Shown in pieces: positions 57,216 through 64,000 of a stretch of DNA of 64,000 nt. The notes below the pieces were generated by a model that ran no database searches, was not told where the DNA came from, and saw only the letters and a program-made list of their open reading frames with translations. This stretch comes from an uncultured Methanosarcinaceae archaeon (lineage in GTDB: Archaea > Halobacteriota > Methanosarcinia > Methanosarcinales > Methanosarcinaceae), in contig CAVTET010000001.1 in NCBI GenBank assembly GCA_963733675.1, positions 192,001 through 256,000 of the forward strand. The letters are read 5' to 3'. Position numbers and translations under genes: made by a program. The first letter of the stretch is position 1. Each line of letters begins with the position of its first letter.

Positions 57216-58013
57216 ATGAGAAGGCCAGCAGTTGCAGGGCAGTTTTATCCCCTTAATCCTGAATATCTAGAAGAAGAACTCAAGAGATGTTTTAAAGGTC
57301 TGGAAATCCGGGAACGAGACGTTCTCGGGGCTGTTTGTCCACATGCAGGGTATGTCTATTCTGGGAAAGTAGCTGCGAGTGTCTATGCGACCCTCCCTAA
57401 AGCTGATACCTATGTTCTTATTGGTCCCAATCATACTGGATATGGTTCACCTGTGTCTCTATCCAAAGACACATGGGAGACTCCTTTGGGAATTGTAGAA
57501 GTTGATTTAAGACTTGCTGATGGATTTTTAGGAAGCATCGTTGATGTGGACGAGCTTGGACACAGATACGAACATTCTATTGAAGTGCAGATCCCTTTTC
57601 TCCAATATCTTTTTGGAAGATCTTTAAGGATACTTCCCATTTGTATGGGTATGCAGGATGAAGAGACTGCAGTTGAGGTAGGAAACCTTGCTGCTAATCT
57701 TGTTTCAAAAAGTGGGGAAAAAGTTGTCTTCATAGCTTCGAGTGATTTTACTCATTACCAGCCTGCAGAGATTGCAAAGAAAATAGATAGTGAAGTCATT
57801 GAGGCTATTCTGAATCAAGACGTATCCGAAATGTATGACCTGCTCTACAAGAGAAACGCGTCTGTCTGCGGATATGGCCCAATTGCCGCGATGCTTACAG
57901 CATCTAAGAAGCTTGGGGGAAAACGAGCCACTCTTATTAATTATGAAAACAGTGGGGCTGTTTCAGGAGATATGAATGCAGTTGTAGGATATGCCGCGAT
58001 TATTGTGGAATAA
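57216..58013 (+). CDS. MEMO1 / AmmeMemoRadiSam protein B family
   Basis: RRPAVAGQFYP, PHAGYVYSG, GPNH, EHSIEVQ, ASSDFTHY, CGYGP. Confidence 0.93.
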   Translation: MRRPAVAGQFYPLNPEYLEEELKRCFKGLEIRERDVLGAVCPHAGYVYSGKVAASVYATLPKADTYVLIGPNHTGYGSPVSLSKDTWETPLGIVEVDLRLADGFLGSIVDVDELGHRYEHSIEVQIPFLQYLFGRSLRILPICMGMQDEETAVEVGNLAANLVSKSGEKVVFIASSDFTHYQPAEIAKKIDSEVIEAILNQDVSEMYDLLYKRNASVCGYGPIAAMLTASKKLGGKRATLINYENSGAVSGDMNAVVGYAAIIVE

Positions 58014-58219
58014 GAGAAGTTCTACGGAAAATTAAATCCACTAGTTTTAAATGCTATTGAAAACCGAATAGTTATAGTCACTTATGTCTGGGTAAGTTTT
58101 TTAGGTACGTTACTTTTATTTAACTGCATACTAGTCTATAAAATTCAATTCCAAATTCAAAATAATTAATCGATTCCGTCATATATTTAAACCAAAATTA
58201 AAAATTACAGAGGAGTAGG

Positions 58220-59125
58220 ATGGTTTCGTGTTCTGCGCCTGGGAAAATCTATATTTTCGGAGAACATGCGGTCGTTTATGGAGAAACCGCAATAGCATGT
58301 GCAGTTGATCTGAGAACACGAGTGAGGGTAGAACTTAACGATTCGATAATAATTCAATCGAAAATTGGCAGGACAGGTATTGATTTGGAAAAACATCCCT
58401 ACATCACCTCAGTTATCGAGAAAATGAGGGAAAATACGCCGATAAAAGGTGTTTTTATAGAAATTGATTCCGAAATCGCCATGGGTTCTGGACTCGGATC
58501 ATCTGCTGCGGTGACGATAGCTAGTATAGGCGCTCTCAATGAAATGTTTGGATGCGGCCTTTCTCTTGAAAAGATTGCACAACTTGGCCATGAAATAGAG
58601 CTTCAGGTCCAGGGAGTTGCAAGCCCCACTGATACTTATGTCTCTACATTCGGAGGAGTTGTTACAATTCCGGAAAGGAGAAAACTGAGAATTCCAGACT
58701 GCGGAATTGTGATCGGAAACACAGGAATTTTTTCTTCTACAAAGGAGCTTGTCGCAAATGTCAGGAAGCTCTATGAAGGTTATCCCGAATTGATCAAGCC
58801 TCTAATGGCTTCTATTGGTAAAATATCTCGAATAGGGGAACCTCTTGTCCAGGCAGGTGACTATCTCTCTATTGGCAGACTTATGAATGTAAATCAAGGA
58901 CTTTTAGATGCCTTGGGAGTAAATATTATTGAGCTCTCTAGCTTAATTTACTCATCCAGGAGAGCTGGGGCCTTTGGAGCTAAGATTACAGGCGCTGGCG
59001 GTGGAGGATGTATGTTTGCACTCACGTCACCTGATAAATGCGAACAGGTTGGTGAAGCCATTTCAAAAGCAGGGGGGAAAGTGACCATTACAAAACCAAC
59101 TAAACAGGGCCTGAAATTACACTAA
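58220..59125 (+). CDS. mvk: Mevalonate kinase
   Basis: PGKIYIFGEHAVVYG, GSGLGSSAA, KITGAGGGGC. Confidence 0.96.
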   Translation: MVSCSAPGKIYIFGEHAVVYGETAIACAVDLRTRVRVELNDSIIIQSKIGRTGIDLEKHPYITSVIEKMRENTPIKGVFIEIDSEIAMGSGLGSSAAVTIASIGALNEMFGCGLSLEKIAQLGHEIELQVQGVASPTDTYVSTFGGVVTIPERRKLRIPDCGIVIGNTGIFSSTKELVANVRKLYEGYPELIKPLMASIGKISRIGEPLVQAGDYLSIGRLMNVNQGLLDALGVNIIELSSLIYSSRRAGAFGAKITGAGGGGCMFALTSPDKCEQVGEAISKAGGKVTITKPTKQGLKLH

Positions 59126-59208
59126 GCAGTTCGAATTTTCACCTAATTATTTAGTGATTATTCATAAAAGAAATTAAAAATTATTTAAAAGGCATTAAGT
59201 GATAGGGA

Positions 59209-59991
59209 ATGGTAGTATTAACAGAAACTGTTATCTTGAAGCTTGGTGGCAGCGTTATTACTGACAAAAACGCAGATGAAGGAGTTGTAAGAGCATCTGA
59301 ACTCCTAAGGATTGCACAGGAACTTTCCGAATTTAGAGGAAATATGATTATTGTGCATGGTGCTGGTTCGTTTGGGCATACCTACGCCAGAAAATATGGG
59401 CTTGACAGAATTTTTAATCTTAAAGGAGCTATTGTAACCCATGAGTCAGTTAAAAAACTGGCTTCTACTGTGGTATATTCTCTGAACCGCTTCGAAGTTC
59501 GTGCTGTGGCTGTACATCCTATGGGCTGTATAGTTTGCAGAAAAGGACGCATAGAGAGCATGTACCTTGACAGCATAAAGCTCATGCTCAAGAACGGTTT
59601 TGTCCCGGTACTGCACGGAGATATTGTTATGGATCTTGAATTCGGGACCTGTGTCCTCTCAGGTGACCAGATAGTTCCTTACATTGCAAAGGAGCTAGGA
59701 GTCACCAGGCTTGGACTGGGGTCTGCAGAGGATGGGGTGCTCGATAAAAATGGAGAAACTGTACCTGAGATTACACCTAAGAAATTTGAACAATTAAAAA
59801 AATATATAGGAAGCTCGGAAAGTACTGATGTTACAGGCGGCATGCTCGGGAAGGTACAGGAACTTCTGGAACTTAGCAAAACATCTTGTATTACTTCGTA
59901 TATATTCAATGCAGGAAAGGCAGATAACATATACAAATTCTTGAATGGCGAATCCATAGGGACCAAAATTAGTCCGGATGAAATGGTATGA
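59209..59991 (+). CDS. ipk: Isopentenyl phosphate kinase
   Basis: LKLGGSVITDK, HGAGSFGH, LSGD, DVTGGM. Confidence 0.94.
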   Translation: MVVLTETVILKLGGSVITDKNADEGVVRASELLRIAQELSEFRGNMIIVHGAGSFGHTYARKYGLDRIFNLKGAIVTHESVKKLASTVVYSLNRFEVRAVAVHPMGCIVCRKGRIESMYLDSIKLMLKNGFVPVLHGDIVMDLEFGTCVLSGDQIVPYIAKELGVTRLGLGSAEDGVLDKNGETVPEITPKKFEQLKKYIGSSESTDVTGGMLGKVQELLELSKTSCITSYIFNAGKADNIYKFLNGESIGTKISPDEMV

Positions 59992-59994
59992 AAT

Positions 59995-61092
59995 ATGATC
60001 AATAATACCTCAAGGCGAAAGATCGAACACTTGAGAATATGTGTTAAAAACCAGGTGGAATCGCAAAATATCAGTGCGGGCTTTGAGGATGTGATGCTTA
60101 TCCACAGGGCTCTTCCGGAACTCGATATGGATAAGATAGATCTATCTGTGGACCTTCTAGGAAAACATCTACAGGCTCCTTTTTTGATTGCCTCAATCAC
60201 TGGAGGGCACCCAGACACTATTCCAATTAATGCTGCACTTGCATCTGCAACTGAAGAACTGGGATTGGGAATAGGAGTTGGCAGCCAGAGAGCCGCTATT
60301 GATGATTCTTCCCAAGAAGAATCTTTCAGGATTGTAAGGGAAAAAGCTCCTAATGCCTTTGTTTACGGAAATGTGGGCGCTGCTCAGATCCGCAAGTATG
60401 GAGTTGATGGAGTTGAAAAACTTGTCGAAATGATTGATGCCGATGCTATTGCCATTCATCTTAACTTCCTACAGGAAGCCATCCAGGCAGAAGGAGATCG
60501 AGATGCAACTGGTTGTCTGAACATGATTAGAGAGATTTGTTCTGTACTGAATACCCCAGTAATGGTCAAAGAGACAGGAGCTGGAATTTCAAATGAAGAC
60601 GCCCTTCTCCTCCAGAAAGCAGGCGTTTCTGCAATTGATGTTGGGGGTGTAGGTGGCACAAGCTGGGCAGGAGTTGAAGCCTATAGGGCTAGAGAACGTG
60701 GAGATTTGGTCTCAGAACATATGGGGAGACTTTTTTGGGATTTTGGGATCCCCACAGTCGCCAGCATTATAGAATCCAGGGTTTCCCTCCCAATTATCGC
60801 AACCGGTGGAGTCAGGTCAGGACTTGATATTGCTAAATCAATTGCTCTTGGAGCCAGTGCGGCAAGTGCAGCTATGCCCTTTGTGGACCCTGCATTTAAA
60901 GGGAAAGAAGCCGTTGTGAGTATCCTCTCTCGAATGCTGAACGAGTTTAGAGCCTCAATGTTTCTTTGCGGCTGTGCAAATATACAGGATCTGCGTAATA
61001 CACCTGTAGTCGTTACTGGTTGGACTCTTGAGTATCTTGGCCAGCGTGGTTTTAACTTAAAAGACTATGCCATGTTAAGGGAAACACTTTAA
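59995..61092 (+). CDS. fni: Type 2 isopentenyl-diphosphate delta-isomerase
   Basis: RKIEHL, GVGSQR, HLNFLQE, KETGAG, GGTSW. Confidence 0.96.
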   Translation: MINNTSRRKIEHLRICVKNQVESQNISAGFEDVMLIHRALPELDMDKIDLSVDLLGKHLQAPFLIASITGGHPDTIPINAALASATEELGLGIGVGSQRAAIDDSSQEESFRIVREKAPNAFVYGNVGAAQIRKYGVDGVEKLVEMIDADAIAIHLNFLQEAIQAEGDRDATGCLNMIREICSVLNTPVMVKETGAGISNEDALLLQKAGVSAIDVGGVGGTSWAGVEAYRARERGDLVSEHMGRLFWDFGIPTVASIIESRVSLPIIATGGVRSGLDIAKSIALGASAASAAMPFVDPAFKGKEAVVSILSRMLNEFRASMFLCGCANIQDLRNTPVVVTGWTLEYLGQRGFNLKDYAMLRETL

Positions 61093-62242
61093 GGTACTAC
61101 ATAGGTGTTGTTGCCTTGTATCGCATTTTTATTGAAATTTGCATCATGTAGGTAAGGTATTAGTTCAACAAAAACTTGTCACATGACAATATTTATACAT
61201 ACTATGAAAGTAATGTTTCTGAATAAATCGTTAATATAAACTGAGCAACAGTTCGTGCCTATCAGGGAAAATTAGGATAGGCAGTTTATGCTTTATATCA
61301 AGGAAAAATTAATTTAATTATCATCATTTAGGGCTGCATGAAAAATAGTATATCCGTCTTTATCATAAATTACCTGGGTAATGTCAGGATAATTCAAAAT
61401 TTATCGAAAAATTTGAAAGTAATTACCTTAAAAATTTATTGATCATTACAATCCCAATTCATCGTAATCATAATTTATAATAAATAAGTACAAGCAAAGA
61501 ATTTATTTCATCGTTGCTAAGGCTCAGGTCATTGAATATAAGTCACTTTTTAGTGAAGCAAGTAATTCATAAAGGTCATTAATTAAGAATCGCCTTAATA
61601 AGTCATCAAAATAAGAATAATTTAAGAAAGAATGATTTAGTGAGAATAATAATTAAAGAATAATAGAGCAGTTCAATAAATTCCAATTAATAGCCGATTG
61701 CTTATAAAGCATATATAGGTAACTTGTTGAAATAAGAGATTTATCGAAATTCTCAATAGTATTTGGGGAAGGTACGCAAAAGAGACATATTGATTGGATT
61801 AATATCCCGGCACTTATCTTTGAGGGTAGTGATGATTTTTCAAAATAATTACAAAAGTACCGGATTGAAAGTAGTCCCTTGATTTTGACAAAAGCTGGGA
61901 AGTATATATTAGCTAACAAATGTATGATACGCACATATAAATGTAAAGAAATATAGTGCTATAGAAATACACACTTATATATAAATTAGATATATACATA
62001 TATTTATTTACATATACCACTATACCTAGCCCAATCAATCTGCAAGATATTTAGTCAGATTCATTTAATAAATGAATGGATTTCTCCCCAGTAAGTGCTT
62101 AAGAAGTGGCTGTTCTAAGGCTGATTCCAAATTATCTTACTATATTGTTTGCATTCAGAGTCATTGCTTTAGACCGTTATCTGATATATTTTTTTAGGTT
62201 TCGGTTTCAAAGGGATAAAAATTCAAATAAGAGGTTAAAAAT

Positions 62243-63586
62243 ATGACTGAAATAGGAATTGTTGCAATCGGCGGCTATAATGAGATGGGCCGCAATATGA
62301 CGGCAGTCGTCGTAGGTGAAGACGTCATTATTCTAGACATGGGACTTCGGCTTGATAGAGTCCAGATTCACGAAGACGTCGAAATTGACAAAATGCATTC
62401 TCTCGAACTGATCGAAATGGGTGCAATTCCTGATGATACTATCATGAAAGAAATCAATGGAACTGTTCGAGCAATTGTGTGTACTCACGGGCATCTTGAT
62501 CATGTAGGGGCGATTCCAAAACTTGCCCATAGGTACAATGCTCCTATTTTAGCTACCCCCTATACTGCAGTTATTATAAAGCAACAAATCGAAGCTGAGC
62601 GCAAGTTCGAGGTTTGCAATAGGGTTATTTCTCTCAATGCGGGTGGGACTTACCAGGTCACAAACGAAATCTCCATAGAATTCATCTGCGTTCAGCACAG
62701 TATTATAGACTGTGTTATTGCAGCTATTCACACTCCAGTTGGAGCAGTCCTTTATGCCTGCGACTTCAAACTGGATAGGACTCCAACAATTGGTAGTGCT
62801 CCGGATTTCGAACGCATCAAATCTCTTGGAAAGGAAGGAGTGATTACAATGATTGTAGAGAGCACAAATGCCGGACGTTCAGGAAAAACTCCTTCGGAAC
62901 AAATTGCAAAGGATATGGTAAGGGACGTACTTCTCGGAACAGAAGAAGCTAATGTCGGGATGATAATTACAACCTTTGCCTCTCATATTGCCAGGCTGAA
63001 AGCTATTATTGAAGCAGCTGAGGAAATGGGCAGAATTCCTGTACTTATGGGGCGTTCAATGGAGCGCTATTTTGGAGCTGCAAAAGATGTTGGCTATCTT
63101 GAGTTACCTTCAAATGTAGAGATCTACGGCCTCAGGAAAGACATCGATCGTGCCTTTAAACGCATCATGCAGGAGGGTAAAAATAAGTACCTCCCAATCG
63201 TTACCGGTCACCAGGGAGAACCAGGTTCAATCCTTGTGCGCGTTGCGAATGGTGAAACTCCCTATGCAATCGAACCAGGAGACAGGGTCATTTTCTCTGC
63301 AAACGTAATCCCAAGCCCGATGACTCAGGCAAACCGCTATGCTCTTGAAACCAAACTCAGAATGAGAGGTGCCAGGATATATGACAATGTGCATGTATCA
63401 GGGCATGCATATAGGGAAGACCACTGGGAGCTTCTGAGAATGGTGAATCCGGAACATGTAATCCCTGCACATGGTGATCTAGAGATGCACGGGCACTACA
63501 TAGAGTTGGCTGAAGACGCCGGGTATGTACTAGGAAGTACAGTACATCTTCTAAGAAACGGTGAAGTGCTGTATATCGAAGAATAA
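62243..63586 (+). CDS. rnj: RNase J (beta-CASP ribonuclease)
   Basis: GGYNEMGRNM, THGHLDHVG, DFKLD, ESTN, HVSGH. Confidence 0.95.
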   Translation: MTEIGIVAIGGYNEMGRNMTAVVVGEDVIILDMGLRLDRVQIHEDVEIDKMHSLELIEMGAIPDDTIMKEINGTVRAIVCTHGHLDHVGAIPKLAHRYNAPILATPYTAVIIKQQIEAERKFEVCNRVISLNAGGTYQVTNEISIEFICVQHSIIDCVIAAIHTPVGAVLYACDFKLDRTPTIGSAPDFERIKSLGKEGVITMIVESTNAGRSGKTPSEQIAKDMVRDVLLGTEEANVGMIITTFASHIARLKAIIEAAEEMGRIPVLMGRSMERYFGAAKDVGYLELPSNVEIYGLRKDIDRAFKRIMQEGKNKYLPIVTGHQGEPGSILVRVANGETPYAIEPGDRVIFSANVIPSPMTQANRYALETKLRMRGARIYDNVHVSGHAYREDHWELLRMVNPEHVIPAHGDLEMHGHYIELAEDAGYVLGSTVHLLRNGEVLYIEE

Positions 63587-63616
63587 TTGCATAAGAAGTA
63601 TATTCCTATCCCTGTG

Positions 63617-64000
63617 ATGTATATGACGCTGACTGATGAGATCAGAAAAAGAAGCATCCATGTAGATGCCGCAATTGATGAGCTACTTCCGATAACTCAC
63701 CCTGAAGAACTTTACAAAGCCTCTCGCTACTTGGTAGATGCTGGAGGAAAACGTCTCCGGCCAGCAGTACTTATTTTGGCAGCTGAAGCTGTAGGGTCAA
63801 ATTTAAAATCTGTTTTACCGACTGCAGTAGCCGTGGAACTTGTACATAATTTCACCTTGATCCATGATGACATAATGGACAAAGACGATATCCGTAGGGG
63901 AATGCCTGCGGTCCATAAAATATGGGGTGAAGCAGGTGCGATTCTTGCAGGAGATACCCTTTATTCAAGAGCTTTCCAGATCATGTCAAAGGTTGAAAAT
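63617..64000 (+). CDS. idsA: Geranylgeranyl diphosphate synthase (runs off the 3' edge of the window)
   Basis: GGKRLRP, VELVHNFTLIHDDIMD (first aspartate-rich motif), RRG, AILAGD. Confidence 0.93.
   Translation, partial: MYMTLTDEIRKRSIHVDAAIDELLPITHPEELYKASRYLVDAGGKRLRPAVLILAAEAVGSNLKSVLPTAVAVELVHNFTLIHDDIMDKDDIRRGMPAVHKIWGEAGAILAGDTLYSRAFQIMSKVEN

Noticed and set aside
61093-61960. Long spacer between fni and rnj with ORF 61653-61934
   Set aside because: No recognisable motif, and frequent stops in the other frames; it cannot be called.

Overview
This window looks like an AT-rich Methanosarcina-like archaeal chromosome segment. The assignment rests on gene content and order: bacterial-type mutS-mutL, DUF1699, the priS-GINS-rpl44e-rps27e-aIF2a-nop10-PAC2 cluster, and the rpl18e-rpl13-rps9-rpoN-tRNAPro-rpoK-rps2-MEMO-mvk-ipk-fni-rnj-idsA cluster. 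Intact housekeeping genes cover DNA repair, translation, and pyrimidine, cobalamin, chorismate and isoprenoid synthesis, plus three tRNAs. They are separated by long spacers full of decayed IS elements (IS5, IS6, IS110, IS200, IS630) and metabolic pseudogenes. The most notable observations are: (1) a relic of a family A DNA polymerase fused in frame to a decayed kaiC-kaiB operon near tRNA-Ser; (2) a ~135-bp MITE-like repeat present in six copies; (3) two small signal-peptide genes built from tandem repeats (Cys-rich 7-mer, Tyr-Pro-Asn/Ser 3-mer) beside a TPR-array gene; (4) two TPR arrays sharing near-identical 102-bp modules; (5) two inverted IS5 relics with a shared, almost identical mutated core bracketing ~10.5 kb; and (6) a candidate hairpin in the RNase J leader. 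No CRISPR array, rRNA or intact novel multi-gene system was recognised. All calls were made by eye and need confirmation by database searches.
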